Assembly: GCA_026709025.1 (NCBI GenBank)
Contig: JAPOTT010000010.1
Location: forward strand, 20,658 to 84,657
Direction of reading: 5' to 3'
Origin: a bacterium
GTDB taxonomy: Bacteria > Actinomycetota > Acidimicrobiia > Acidimicrobiales > Bin134
Length of the DNA: 64,000 bases
In this document: positions 7,715-17,442 of the stretch, in pieces
Layout of the letters: each line of letters opens with the position of its first letter
How positions within the stretch are numbered: the stretch's first letter is position 1
Position numbers and translations under genes: made by a program
Notes under the pieces: generated by a model
Seen by the model: the letters and a program-made list of their open reading frames with translations, nothing else
Told to the model about the DNA's origin: nothing
Database searches by the model: none

Positions 7715-9601
7715 ATGTCTAAGTGCGTTAAACAGCGTGTTCAGCAAGGCCGATTGCACCCAAAACGTGGCGGTTTTGTATGTCTGATTGGCGTTGCATT
7801 TGTTGTTGTGTTTGGGCTTTTGGCCTCGGGTTGTAGCACAAATGGTGCTGCTGTAGATACTCTGGATTCTGTTGTAACGTCTTCTGCTGCAACTAGCACC
7901 CCTGAAGGATTGGCTAATGGTTCGCCTGAGTACGGCAACGGGGAGTTCCAAGCTGCTGACAGCGCCACGTCGCAAGCCGTCCGTAGCAACCTAGAAGTAC
8001 TTGACCCTTCGCCCGCTCCTGATGTGTCTGCATCACCGCCTAGTGTGTCTGTTCTCTCAACTGCTACCCCGCTGCTACCAGCACGTGACTGTACGTGGGA
8101 GTTGCCTGATTTCTTGGAGTTGACTTACGAATCGCTGGCAGATGCAAGCATGCAGATGTCTCAAGCTGGCTTTGAGTGCGCCGATGAGGTAGGACTGGCA
8201 TTGGCAGCAGATGATGCAGCCATTGCTGCTTTGCGGGAGCTTGGCATTGCTGGTCCGCTGTTGTTGGTGGATGAGTTGATGGATTCCACCTTTAGGGCAG
8301 AAGTTGAGCGCTTAGCCCCACAGCGTATTTTGGTATCGGGTTTTGCTGCACCAGAGGTTCGAAAGGCTTTGGGCGGCATGGATTTAGACGTGCTCTCAGT
8401 GCAACGTACGGAAACGTATCCACCAGCCACAGCAGAGCCAGCCCCCACCCAGGAAGCTCAAGCAAGCTCGCAAGAAACAGACGGCTCACAAGCAGCAGAA
8501 ACAGATGGGGTAACAAACCTGCAGGCAGCCCCAGAAGACTCAGCCGCGCCAGCGGAGCAACAAGGGCCCGAACAAGCACCTGTTGATGCTCAGCCTGTTT
8601 GGATAATCGGCACCCCAGAGCTAGAGCCAATTCTTGAGGCTTCGTTTCGGCACATGGGTGAGGCTTTGATGATTTCAGCTAGCGATTTTCGTGCCGCATC
8701 ATCAACAGAACAAGCAGCGTTGCTGTCGGCCAGCGAACTAAAGGTGATTTGGACTGCCCACAGCCCTCTAGCCTGGCCTATTGGGGCCATGCGCGAGGGC
8801 CTTGAGATACCCGGGGGCGGTTTGTTTATGTTCGACGGTGGTGTGGACAGGCGCATGGTTGCTATGTATGGTCACCCCTCGGGGCCAGCGTTAGGGGTGT
8901 TGGGCGAACAAGGTATTGAAGCGGGCATTGAACGCCTCAACACGGTTACACAGGGCTATGAGGCCGATGGTTCTGTGGTGTTGCCCACCTTTGAGATCAT
9001 TGCTACTGTGGCTTCAGCCCACGCTGGGGCAGACGGCGATTACTCCGCCGAAACCCCGCTAGATGATTTGCGGCCCTGGGTGGCTGCAGCTGCCGAAAAC
9101 GATGTTTATGTGGTGTTGGATTTGCAGCCCGGGCGCAACGACTACCTTTCGCAAGCCAAGATATACGAAGAGTTTCTGCGCCTGCCCCATGTTGGCTTGG
9201 CCCTAGATCCTGAATGGCGGCTCAAGCCCGATCAGCGTCACCTCCGTCAGATTGGTACGGTGGATGCCGCAGAGATCAACACGGTTGTGGAATGGTTGGC
9301 CGATATCGTGCGCCAAGAGAACCTGCCGCAAAAGTTGTTGATCCTGCATCAGTTCAGCACACACATGATCACCAACCCCCACCTCATCCAGATTCCACCA
9401 GAGTTGGCCGTGCTAATCCACATGGACGGTCAGGGATACATAAACGAAAAATACGGTACATGGAACAGGTTGACCAGCAAACCTAGCGCTAGCCGGTTCC
9501 ACTGGGGCTGGAAGAACTTCTACGATGAAGACAGCCCAACCCCAACCCCAGCCCAAGTTCTAGCCCTAGAACCCAAAGCCGTTTACGTCTCCTACCAGTA
9601 A
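7715..9601 (+). CDS. secreted lipoprotein, function unknown
   Basis: 628-aa ORF with a signal peptide and lipobox 'LLASGC'. A Ser/Pro/Ala-rich linker and a conserved-looking C-terminal domain ('VVLDLQPGRNDY...GLALDPEWRL...LHQF') follow. Confidence 0.6.
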   Translation: MSKCVKQRVQQGRLHPKRGGFVCLIGVAFVVVFGLLASGCSTNGAAVDTLDSVVTSSAATSTPEGLANGSPEYGNGEFQAADSATSQAVRSNLEVLDPSPAPDVSASPPSVSVLSTATPLLPARDCTWELPDFLELTYESLADASMQMSQAGFECADEVGLALAADDAAIAALRELGIAGPLLLVDELMDSTFRAEVERLAPQRILVSGFAAPEVRKALGGMDLDVLSVQRTETYPPATAEPAPTQEAQASSQETDGSQAAETDGVTNLQAAPEDSAAPAEQQGPEQAPVDAQPVWIIGTPELEPILEASFRHMGEALMISASDFRAASSTEQAALLSASELKVIWTAHSPLAWPIGAMREGLEIPGGGLFMFDGGVDRRMVAMYGHPSGPALGVLGEQGIEAGIERLNTVTQGYEADGSVVLPTFEIIATVASAHAGADGDYSAETPLDDLRPWVAAAAENDVYVVLDLQPGRNDYLSQAKIYEEFLRLPHVGLALDPEWRLKPDQRHLRQIGTVDAAEINTVVEWLADIVRQENLPQKLLILHQFSTHMITNPHLIQIPPELAVLIHMDGQGYINEKYGTWNRLTSKPSASRFHWGWKNFYDEDSPTPTPAQVLALEPKAVYVSYQ

Positions 9602-9713
9602 CGCAGGTGCTGGTGCTAGGCAGGGTGGGGGTGAGCGCTGGTGGGGTTAGTTGGGTGGGTTGTGGCTTGTACTAGAGTGCTACCACAAGCTGAAACCCAC
9701 TAGGGGGGACACG

Positions 9714-10175
9714 ATGGAAGTGGCAGTTACAATCAACGGGCAGACCTACAGCCATGATGTAGAGCCCCGCACTTTGTTGGTGCATTACATCCGCGACACG
9801 GCAGGGCTTACGGGCACCAACATTGGCTGTGACACCTCTTCTTGTGGGGCCTGCACCGTTCACATCAACGGTGAGTCTGTAAAGTCTTGCACGATGCTGG
9901 CTGTGCAGGCCGACGGGCAGACCCTAACCACCATCGAGGGTTTAGCTGATGGTGATGTGCTGCACCCCATGCAGGAGTCCTTTCGTCAGTGCCACGCTTT
10001 GCAATGCGGCTACTGCACTCCGGGCATGGTTATGGCAGCAATCTCTTTGCTAGATGAGAACCCCTCGCCTACTGAGCGGGAGGTTCGCATCGGGCTAGAA
10101 GGCAACCTTTGTCGCTGCACTGGTTATCACAACATAGTTAAGGCTGTTTTGCACTGCGCGGAGGCATCGGCATGA
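9714..10175 (+). CDS. (2Fe-2S)-binding small subunit of a xanthine dehydrogenase/CO dehydrogenase-family molybdoenzyme (CoxS-like)
   Basis: '[22 protein letters not shown]' and '[10 protein letters not shown]...NLCRCTGY' are the two Fe-S cysteine clusters. ATG 9714 is preceded by GGGGGGA; the track start at 9651 is an extension. Confidence 0.9.
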   Translation: MEVAVTINGQTYSHDVEPRTLLVHYIRDTAGLTGTNIGCDTSSCGACTVHINGESVKSCTMLAVQADGQTLTTIEGLADGDVLHPMQESFRQCHALQCGYCTPGMVMAAISLLDENPSPTEREVRIGLEGNLCRCTGYHNIVKAVLHCAEASA

Positions 10176-10996
10176 TTCCATTAGGTTTTGATTACATTCG
10201 CGCCGAATCAACTGACGAAGCACTTGCGGCTCTAGCCGATCACGGCGATGAGGCAAAGCTGCTAGCGGGGGGCCATTCGCTGTTGCCCTTGATGAAGTTG
10301 CGTCTTGCTACCCCCGCAGTGCTAGTAGACATTGGTCGCCTAGATAATCTCAGTTACATAACTGATGCTGGCGATCACCTAGCAATCGGGGCGCTTACGC
10401 GTCATAGGGCTGTAGAAACCAGTGATTTGGTGCGTTCTTTTGCCGGGTTGCTGGCCGAGGCTACCAGTCACGTGGGTGATCCACAGGTGCGTCACATCGG
10501 CACTATCGGCGGTTCAATAGCTCATGGCGATCCAGCATCAGACCTGCCTTCGGTGCTTGTTGCCATGCGCGCCACGTTGGTTGCCCAAGGCCCCTCTGGG
10601 AAGCGTGAAATAGCGGTGGACGACTTCTTCACCGGCTTTTTGGAGACATCATTAGCAGATAATGAGATGCTCACCGAGATACGGGTGCCTAAGATGCCTG
10701 ATGCAACCTGGGGGTTTCAGAAGTTCAACCGCCGGGCTCAAGATTGGGCAATAGTGGGCGTGGCTGCGGTTGTAAACAACGCAAGCTCTGGTGTTGGCTT
10801 GGTGAACATGGACAGCCTGCCGGTTCGTGCCGCTGGCGTGGAGGCGGCTCTTGATGCAGGAGCGTCGGCTAGTGATGCAGCCGCAGTTGCCGCTGATGGC
10901 ACCAACCCGCCGTCTGATCTGAATGCTGGCCCTGAGTATCGTGAGCATCTAGCTCGTGTGCTAACTCGCCGAGCGCTTGAAGCCGCTGGTCGCTAA
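10172..10996 (+). CDS. FAD-binding medium subunit (CoxM-like)
   Basis: '[21 protein letters not shown]' and '[15 protein letters not shown]' are FAD-binding motifs of molybdopterin dehydrogenases. It overlaps the S gene by 4 nt. Confidence 0.88.
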   Translation: MIPLGFDYIRAESTDEALAALADHGDEAKLLAGGHSLLPLMKLRLATPAVLVDIGRLDNLSYITDAGDHLAIGALTRHRAVETSDLVRSFAGLLAEATSHVGDPQVRHIGTIGGSIAHGDPASDLPSVLVAMRATLVAQGPSGKREIAVDDFFTGFLETSLADNEMLTEIRVPKMPDATWGFQKFNRRAQDWAIVGVAAVVNNASSGVGLVNMDSLPVRAAGVEAALDAGASASDAAAVAADGTNPPSDLNAGPEYREHLARVLTRRALEAAGR

Positions 10997-11025
10997 ATCT
11001 GTGTGGAAATTTGGCTTGTTAAGGT

Positions 11026-11952
11026 ATGGGATCAGTCCGTAGCACCGAGCCCACGTCTGTATCCGAGGTGGCCGAAGGGTTAGGCGAGGCAGACTACCTA
11101 GCCGATGAGGGCTTGGCCACGGCTGTGTTCTTGGCGATGAAGCTGGCGCGTCCGTTGTTGCTTGAAGGCGAACCCGGAGTGGGCAAGACCGAAACAGCTC
11201 GGGCACTAGCAACTTGGACTGGTGCCGAGTTGATTCGCTTGCAGTGCTATGAGGGCATCGACGTAGCCCAAGCAGTGTATGAGTGGGATTACTCCCGTCA
11301 ACTATTGCACTTGCGGACAGCAGAAGCCACCGGTGCTGCAACCCTACAGACTGACGGTGCATTAGAAGACGAGATGTATTCTGAGCGTTTTTTGATCAAG
11401 CGCCCCTTGTTGGAGGCCATCTCTGCTACACAAGGCCCGCCGCCGGTGTTGTTGATAGATGAAGTAGACCGCGCAGATGACGAGTTTGAGGCATTCTTGT
11501 TGGAGATACTGTCGGATTATGCGATAACGGTGCCCGAGGTGGGCCGTTTTGTGGCTACCACCCCGCCTCGGGTGATCATCACCTCTAATCGCACCCGCGA
11601 TGTTCACGATGCTCTCAAGCGGCGTTGCTTGTATCACTGGGTTGAGCATCCTGATTTTGAGCGGGAGGTGTCTATCATTTGTCGGCGCGCACCGCAGGTT
11701 AGCGAGCGCCTAGCCACACAGGTGGCAGCTGCGGTGGCAGCATTTCGGGAGTTGGGCTTGTACAAGCCTCCCGGTGTGGCCGAGAGCATCGATTGGAGCT
11801 TGGCGCTAGGTCGGCTTGGAGCAGCTGAACTGAACCCTGAAATAACTCAGGCCAGCTTGGGGGCGGTGCTCAAGTACCGAGAAGATCAGCAGCGGGTGGC
11901 CGACCATGGCATCGACATGCTCATCCAACAAGCCACGGCTCGGGCAGTTTAA
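11026..11952 (+). CDS. coxD: MoxR-type AAA+ ATPase (CoxD-like maturation factor)
   Basis: Walker A 'LLEGEPGVGKTETARALA' and Walker B 'VLLIDEVDRA'. The 308-aa length and its position between cox subunit genes and a vWA gene fit CoxD. Confidence 0.8.
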   Translation: MGSVRSTEPTSVSEVAEGLGEADYLADEGLATAVFLAMKLARPLLLEGEPGVGKTETARALATWTGAELIRLQCYEGIDVAQAVYEWDYSRQLLHLRTAEATGAATLQTDGALEDEMYSERFLIKRPLLEAISATQGPPPVLLIDEVDRADDEFEAFLLEILSDYAITVPEVGRFVATTPPRVIITSNRTRDVHDALKRRCLYHWVEHPDFEREVSIICRRAPQVSERLATQVAAAVAAFRELGLYKPPGVAESIDWSLALGRLGAAELNPEITQASLGAVLKYREDQQRVADHGIDMLIQQATARAV

Positions 11953-11998
11953 CTACATGGCTCGGGTTAACTACATGGCCCGGGCAGTGTGAACAACA

Positions 11999-13111
11999 GT
12001 GCAAGCCGATGAGCTAGCCGTTGGCTTTGTGAACTGCCTACGGGGCGCAGGCGTAGATGTAGCGGTGGGGTCATCTGTGAATTATTGGCAGGCACTCGGT
12101 GCTTTGGGTGTGGCCGAGCGCAGCGCAATGTATTGGGCAGGCCGGGCAACTCTTATAACCAACCCCGAAGATATCCACCTCTACGACAAGGTTTTTGCGG
12201 CTTATTACGAACATGAGGGCCTCGTAGCTACTCCGATTTTGGAGGTAGTGAAACCCCTAGTTTTGGCGGTAGATGATGACGCTGCCGATGATGCAGATCA
12301 AGATAGTCACACCCAAGAGATGCAAACAGATCCATCTGTTACTTTGCGGTGGAGTCGTCAAGAAGTGCTGCGAGATAAGGACTTCAGCGAGTACAGCAAA
12401 ACTGAGCTAGACGAGGCGTACCGTCTTATGGCATCTATGGCCCAGATTGGGGGTACTCGCAAGTCTCGGCGGCTTAAACCTACCCACCGCAGCATCGGCC
12501 ACCCCGATTTGCGGCGTACTGTGAGGGCAGCTCTTCGAACGGGGGGCGAGCCGGTGCGCCGCAGCTTCACGCAACCTGGCCAGCGTTTGCGCCGTGCTGT
12601 GTTGCTGTTGGATATTTCAGGGTCGATGGAGCCGTATGCAAGGGCACTTTTGCGTTTCGTTCACGCTGCGGTAGTTGGTCGCCGCAAGGTTGAGGTGTTC
12701 ACCATCGCCACCCGCCTCACCCGCATAACTAGAGACCTAACTTGGCGAGACCCAGATAGGGCGCTGAGAGCAGCCACCACAAGCGTGAGCGACTGGTCTG
12801 GAGGTACTCGATTAGGTGAAACGTTGGCTGAGTTTAATGAGCTTTGGGGGATTCGGGGCATGGCTCGCGGGGCCACTGTTGTTGTGCTAAGCGATGGCTG
12901 GGATCGCGGCAGCCCCGATGTGATGTGCGAGCAGATGGCTCGATTACACAGGGTGACGCATAAACTCATTTGGGTGAACCCGCTCAAGGCAACTCCCGGC
13001 TATCAGCCGCTAGCACAAGGCATGGCTGCAGCACTGCCTTATGTAGATGATTTCATCGAAGGCCATTCGTTGCGCTCGCTAGAGCGCTTAGCTGAGGTAC
13101 TAGCCCAATGA
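11999..13111 (+). CDS. coxE: vWA domain protein of the CoxE family
   Basis: 370 aa with a C-terminal vWA domain carrying MIDAS 'LLLDISGSM' and '..VVVLSDGWDRG'. It follows the MoxR gene, as in the coxD-coxE order. Confidence 0.78.
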   Translation: MQADELAVGFVNCLRGAGVDVAVGSSVNYWQALGALGVAERSAMYWAGRATLITNPEDIHLYDKVFAAYYEHEGLVATPILEVVKPLVLAVDDDAADDADQDSHTQEMQTDPSVTLRWSRQEVLRDKDFSEYSKTELDEAYRLMASMAQIGGTRKSRRLKPTHRSIGHPDLRRTVRAALRTGGEPVRRSFTQPGQRLRRAVLLLDISGSMEPYARALLRFVHAAVVGRRKVEVFTIATRLTRITRDLTWRDPDRALRAATTSVSDWSGGTRLGETLAEFNELWGIRGMARGATVVVLSDGWDRGSPDVMCEQMARLHRVTHKLIWVNPLKATPGYQPLAQGMAAALPYVDDFIEGHSLRSLERLAEVLAQ

Positions 13112-13422
13112 AGGAGATTCTGGCCGACCTAGACACCTGGCGAGCTCAGGGCCGCAAGGTCGCCATAGCTAGAGTGGTGAACGTGGAGGGTTCTGGCCCG
13201 CGCGATCCGGGCGCGGCCATGGCGGTGAGCGATAGCGGCGATGTAATTGGTTCGGTTTCGGGAGGGTGTGTGGAGGGCGCTGTAGTAACTGAGGCTTTAG
13301 CTATCCTTGAGACAGGTGAGCGCAAGATGGTGAGCTTCGGCTACAGCGATGATGAGGCTTTCGCTGTGGGGCTCACCTGCGGGGGCACCATCCACCTGTT
13401 TATAGAGCCGTTGGACTGGTAG
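13108..13422 (+). CDS. XdhC/CoxI-family N-terminal-domain protein (molybdoenzyme maturation)
   Basis: 'VAIARVVNVEGSGPRDPGAAMAV...GSVSGGCVEGAV' is the XdhC_CoxI motif. It overlaps coxE by 4 nt. Confidence 0.75.
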   Translation: MKEILADLDTWRAQGRKVAIARVVNVEGSGPRDPGAAMAVSDSGDVIGSVSGGCVEGAVVTEALAILETGERKMVSFGYSDDEAFAVGLTCGGTIHLFIEPLDW

Positions 13423-13423
13423 G

Positions 13424-14233
13424 GTGTCGGAGCTTTACGAGCAACTGCGAGATGCCATCACCGATGAACGACCGGTGGTGCTGGCCACCGTAATTGAAGG
13501 CCCGAACGCTGGTGCCAAGCTGGTGTTAGACCCTGAGTGCGCTGATGGTTTTGTAAGCGTGGGTACTTTGGGAAACCCTGGGCTAGATCGGGTGGTGAGC
13601 CGAGATAGCGTAGGCGAGCTAGCCGCCGGGCGTAGCGGGGTGCGCCACTATGGGCCGGAGGGTCAAGCCAATGAGCAACACGTCTCGGTGTTTGTGGAGT
13701 CTTTTGCACCGCCACCCATCATGTTGGTGTTTGGGGCGGTAGATTTCACCGCAGCTCTGGCCCGTGCAGCCAAGCTGTTGGGTTTCAAGGTGGTAGTGGC
13801 CGATGCGCGTTCTATGTTTGCCACCGTCAAGCGTTTCCCAATGGCTGATCAGGTGATGGTGGCTTGGCCGGATGAGGTTTTCGATGTTTACGCCGAGCGC
13901 CTCGGCCATCATGATGCTGTGTGCATTCTTACTCACGATCCAAAGTTTGATGTTCCAGCGGTGCAACGTGCAGTAGCCACCGAGGTGGGCTACATCGGGG
14001 TGATGGGAAGCAGGCGCACCCATGCCACACGTTTGAAGCGATTGGCCGAAGTGGGTGTGCCCCAGCAAGGGATTGACCGCCTCATGGCACCCATCGGGCT
14101 AGACATCGGTTCGCGCACGCCCGAGGAGACAGCGGTGTCGGTGTGCGCGGAGATCATTGCCAACCGTACAGGGCATGCCGCTCCGTCGCTGCGAGATAGC
14201 GATGGCCCTATCCATCGCCAAGCCCCAACCTAA
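13424..14233 (+). CDS. XdhC family protein (XdhC_CoxI-like N-domain plus Rossmann C-domain); occupies the coxF/coxI position
   Basis: 'VVLATVIEGPNAGAKLVL' plus the Rossmann-like 'IMLVFGAVDFTAALARAAKLLGFKVVVADAR' and 'GYIGVMGSRRT'. GTG lies 1 nt after the preceding stop. Confidence 0.75.
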   Translation: MSELYEQLRDAITDERPVVLATVIEGPNAGAKLVLDPECADGFVSVGTLGNPGLDRVVSRDSVGELAAGRSGVRHYGPEGQANEQHVSVFVESFAPPPIMLVFGAVDFTAALARAAKLLGFKVVVADARSMFATVKRFPMADQVMVAWPDEVFDVYAERLGHHDAVCILTHDPKFDVPAVQRAVATEVGYIGVMGSRRTHATRLKRLAEVGVPQQGIDRLMAPIGLDIGSRTPEETAVSVCAEIIANRTGHAAPSLRDSDGPIHRQAPT

Positions 14234-15636
14234 TGAAGCTTCGTGCAACTCCAACAGCTTACATAGCACGTATCACTGGACTTGTTGTGGCTGTGTTGGT
14301 TGTGACTGTGTTGGTTATGACTGTTGTGGCTGGCTGTGGCAGCAATATCAACGGCGATGTGGCAACCGACCCCACAGAGGTGTCGCCCACAAGCCCTGCT
14401 TCCAATCTAGATGCAACCCAGGGTTTGGCCACCTCAACCCAAACGGTTCTTGATGTTGATGATCCTGTAGGCACCCAAGCTGCCACCACACCGGCCACAG
14501 CGCCACCGGATCTCACAAGCGGCTCTGCCACAGTACCCCCGCAGGCGTTGATCACCGATGGTGCTGGCCCTACGGGCCCGCTGGCTGAGGTTACTCGCGG
14601 CTGGGGCACCGATTTTTCTAGACGGATCATCGAGCTAGATGAGCTGTTGATCGGTATTCAGGCCATTCCCATCCGCGATCGTATCCCTCCTATTGATAAC
14701 CCGCAGTTCGTGCCGATAGCAGAGGTAGGTTGGGCTGACCAAGAGCCCGGATTGGTGTTGGTGGATGGCACCGAAGCTCGCTTTTACCCCCTAGCTATGC
14801 TTATCGTGCATGAGATTGTCAACGATGAGATCAACGGTCGGCCCGTAACCGTTACGTACTGCCCATTGTGTAACAGCGCTTTGGTGTTCAACCCCGAAGT
14901 AGAAGGGCAAACTCTGCGGTTTGGCACTTCAGGGTTGCTGCGTAACAGCGATTTAGTGATGTGGGACGATGCCACAGAGTCGTTATGGCAACAAATTGGC
15001 GGGCAGGGCCTAGTGGGGGCTTATGCGGGTTATCGTCTAGAGGTGATCGGGTCGGCAATAGTTTCTTATGGGGATTTCAGCGATAGCTACCCCCAAGGCA
15101 CGGTGCTTACCGCGCCGGGACGACCCGCAAGCACTTACGGCAACAACCCGTATGTGCTTTACTCTTCGCGCGATGTTCCGTATCAAGGATTTTTTGATGC
15201 CTCACAGCTTGATGAGCGTTACCCGGCTTTGGAACGTACCGTGGGGGTAACCATTAACGGCATCGCCAAGGCTTACCCCTTCACTACAGTGCAAGCCGCG
15301 CAAGCCGTCAACGACACTGTAGCCGATGTGCCGGTGGTGGTTTGGTGGTCGGCTGGCACTGCTGATGCCCTAGATGCTGCCCAAACAGCGCAAGGTGCCG
15401 ATATAGGTGCTGCGCTGGCCTTTGAGCGTCGCTTAGCCGATGGAACCGTTTTGGGGTTTTCTCCATCTGGCGATGCCCAGTTCAGCGATGATGTAACTGG
15501 GTCGGTGTGGAACCTGTTGGGTCATGCTATTTCTGGTGAGCTGTCGGGCAGTCGGCTCACTCCGGTGGTACACACCAATGAGTTTTGGTTTGCTTGGTCG
15601 GCATTTAACCCACAAGGCGAGGTGTATACCCCGTGA
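14233..15636 (+). CDS. DUF3179-domain lipoprotein
   Basis: Lipobox 'VVAGC', a Thr/Pro/Ala linker, then 'VTVTYCPLCNSALVF...RFGTSGLLRNSDLVMWDDATESLWQQIGG', which matches the DUF3179 signature as I recall it. Confidence 0.7.
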   Translation: MKLRATPTAYIARITGLVVAVLVVTVLVMTVVAGCGSNINGDVATDPTEVSPTSPASNLDATQGLATSTQTVLDVDDPVGTQAATTPATAPPDLTSGSATVPPQALITDGAGPTGPLAEVTRGWGTDFSRRIIELDELLIGIQAIPIRDRIPPIDNPQFVPIAEVGWADQEPGLVLVDGTEARFYPLAMLIVHEIVNDEINGRPVTVTYCPLCNSALVFNPEVEGQTLRFGTSGLLRNSDLVMWDDATESLWQQIGGQGLVGAYAGYRLEVIGSAIVSYGDFSDSYPQGTVLTAPGRPASTYGNNPYVLYSSRDVPYQGFFDASQLDERYPALERTVGVTINGIAKAYPFTTVQAAQAVNDTVADVPVVVWWSAGTADALDAAQTAQGADIGAALAFERRLADGTVLGFSPSGDAQFSDDVTGSVWNLLGHAISGELSGSRLTPVVHTNEFWFAWSAFNPQGEVYTP

Positions 15637-16190
15637 GCATCGCTGCCGTGTTGCTAGCCGCAGGTGCTGGTAGTCGTTTTTTGGGTGAAACCCACAAGCT
15701 AAGGGCTCCTTTTCGCGGTTCTACGGTGGTGCAACATGCTCTAGCGGGGGCTCTGCAAGCTGAGCTAGATGCCACCTACATCGTAACTGGCGCAGTGGAG
15801 TTGCGCGACCTTATCGGCTCAGATGTGATCTTGGTACAAAATCATTCTTGGGAGTTGGGTCAGGCTAGTTCTTTGCGCGCTGGGGTGTTTGTAGCCGAAA
15901 ACGATGGTCACGAAGCGGTGGTAGTAGGTTTGGGCGATCAACCCCTTATCGGCAAACAGGCATGGCAGGCAGTCTCGGAGTGCTCGGGCGATTTGGTTAC
16001 CGCAACCTTTGGAGGTCGCCGCAGCCCGCCAGTAAAGCTGGGGGCCGCTGTGTGGCCGCTGCTTCCTATTAGCGGCGATGCAGGCGCTCGAGTGCTGATG
16101 CAAATGAGCCCAGAGAGGGTTACCGAAGTATCATGTACAGGAGAGCCGGTTGATTTAGATACTCTAAAAGATTTGAAGTCTTGGAGTTGA
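15633..16190 (+). CDS. mocA: MobA/MocA-like nucleotidyltransferase (molybdenum cofactor cytidylyltransferase-like)
   Basis: 'AAVLLAAGAGSRF' is the N-terminal NTP-binding loop. The 185-aa size, 4-nt overlap with the upstream gene and Mo-enzyme maturation context fit MocA. Confidence 0.7.
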   Translation: MSIAAVLLAAGAGSRFLGETHKLRAPFRGSTVVQHALAGALQAELDATYIVTGAVELRDLIGSDVILVQNHSWELGQASSLRAGVFVAENDGHEAVVVGLGDQPLIGKQAWQAVSECSGDLVTATFGGRRSPPVKLGAAVWPLLPISGDAGARVLMQMSPERVTEVSCTGEPVDLDTLKDLKSWS

Positions 16191-16252
16191 CCGGCAACTG
16201 GCCCGGTATCGTTTCTGTTGACACCTGAGAGCACCTGAGAGGAACAGCCAAT

Positions 16253-16960
16253 ATGGAGATGAGCAACGAGATTGAGGTAAATGCCTCTGTCAGCGATGTA
16301 TGGCAAGCCTTTAACGATGTGGAGCGTATTGCACCCTGTTTGCCCGGGGCACAGCTCACCGAGATTGAAGATGAGGAGTATCGCGGGGTTGTCAAGGTTA
16401 AGGTAGGCCCTGTAAATGCTCAGTACAAGGGCAAGGCCACCTTTGTGGAGCGAGACGAGGATACCTTGAAGGTGGTGATTTTGGCTGAAGGGCGTGAAAC
16501 CCGCGGTCAGGGTAACGCCAGCGCGCAGATTACTGCTGTTTTGGAAGATCTAGGTGATGAGCGCACAAAGGTACGCGTGGACACAGACCTTAAGATAACT
16601 GGCAAGGTGGCGCAGATAGGGCGCAATCTCATACCCGATGTGAGCGCCAAGATAATGGGGCAGTTTGCAGAGAACCTAGAGGCACTGCTGTCTGATACCG
16701 ATGGTGCTAATGGTAGCGAAGTTCCCGTTGATGATGTGGCTTCTGATCCTGCAACAGCAGCCAATGCCAATGGTGATAGCAGTCAAGCCCAATCTGAATC
16801 TGGGTTGCGTTCGGTTACATCACCTGAGCCCGAAGCGGTAGACCTACTAGGTGTGGCAGGAGCACCGGTGGCTAAGCGGGCGGCCCCTGTGGCTGCAGGT
16901 ATGGTTTTTTTGTGGTTGCTGCGCAGAATCTTCAAGAGAAGGAACAAAAAGAGCGCCTAG
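16253..16960 (+). CDS. coxG: CoxG-family SRPBCC protein with C-terminal membrane anchor
   Basis: 'VWQAFNDVERIAPCLPGAQLTEIEDEEYRGVVKVKVGPVNAQYKGKATF' is typical of CoxG. The C-terminal 'AAPVAAGMVFLWLLRRIFKRR' is hydrophobic. Confidence 0.8.
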   Translation: MEMSNEIEVNASVSDVWQAFNDVERIAPCLPGAQLTEIEDEEYRGVVKVKVGPVNAQYKGKATFVERDEDTLKVVILAEGRETRGQGNASAQITAVLEDLGDERTKVRVDTDLKITGKVAQIGRNLIPDVSAKIMGQFAENLEALLSDTDGANGSEVPVDDVASDPATAANANGDSSQAQSESGLRSVTSPEPEAVDLLGVAGAPVAKRAAPVAAGMVFLWLLRRIFKRRNKKSA

Positions 16961-16965
16961 CTGAT

Positions 16966-17418
16966 GTGACAGACCATGAGATGGTAAAGACCCTGTTGGG
17001 AAGGGAACCTCAGGGTGCTTATGAGGTGGTAGTTCGCAGCAGCGATGGGACACCCCGGGTGTTGTGCAATTCCCCTATTTTGGATGATGGCACGCCTATG
17101 CCCACTCGCTACTGGTTGCTCGGACCTCAAGATGTGTTGCGGGTAAGCCGCCTAGAATCAGCAGGTGGGGTTAGCCAAGCTACCGCTGCGGTGAACCCTC
17201 AAGAACTAGCAGAAGCACATCGGCAGTATGCTGCCGAGCGGGATGTTGCCATTGCAAAGACCCATAGCGGGCATCGTCCCAGCGGCGGTGTTGCGGGCAC
17301 ACGCCGAGGGGTGAAATGCTTGCACGCTCACTATGCCTGGCACTTGGCTGGGGGTGACGACCCGGTAGGTCGTTGGGTTGCCCAGCAGCTTGCAGTGCGC
17401 TACGGGCCGCAGCAATGA
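16966..17418 (+). CDS. DUF501 domain protein
   Basis: 'LLGREPQGAYEVVVRSSDGTPRVLCNSPILDDGTPMPTRYWLLGP' resembles DUF501, and it sits immediately upstream of ppx as in many actinobacteria. The start is uncertain: GTG 16966, or ATG 16981. Confidence 0.65.
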   Translation: MTDHEMVKTLLGREPQGAYEVVVRSSDGTPRVLCNSPILDDGTPMPTRYWLLGPQDVLRVSRLESAGGVSQATAAVNPQELAEAHRQYAAERDVAIAKTHSGHRPSGGVAGTRRGVKCLHAHYAWHLAGGDDPVGRWVAQQLAVRYGPQQ

Positions 17419-17442
17419 GATTGCTTGTGAGCGAATTGCCTA

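Noticed and set aside
13108-14233. XdhC split into two ORFs as a possible frameshifted pseudogene.
   Set aside because: The second ORF has its own XdhC_CoxI-like N-terminal segment plus the Rossmann domain and starts 1 nt after the first stop. Small stand-alone XdhC_CoxI proteins followed by a longer XdhC are a common natural arrangement.
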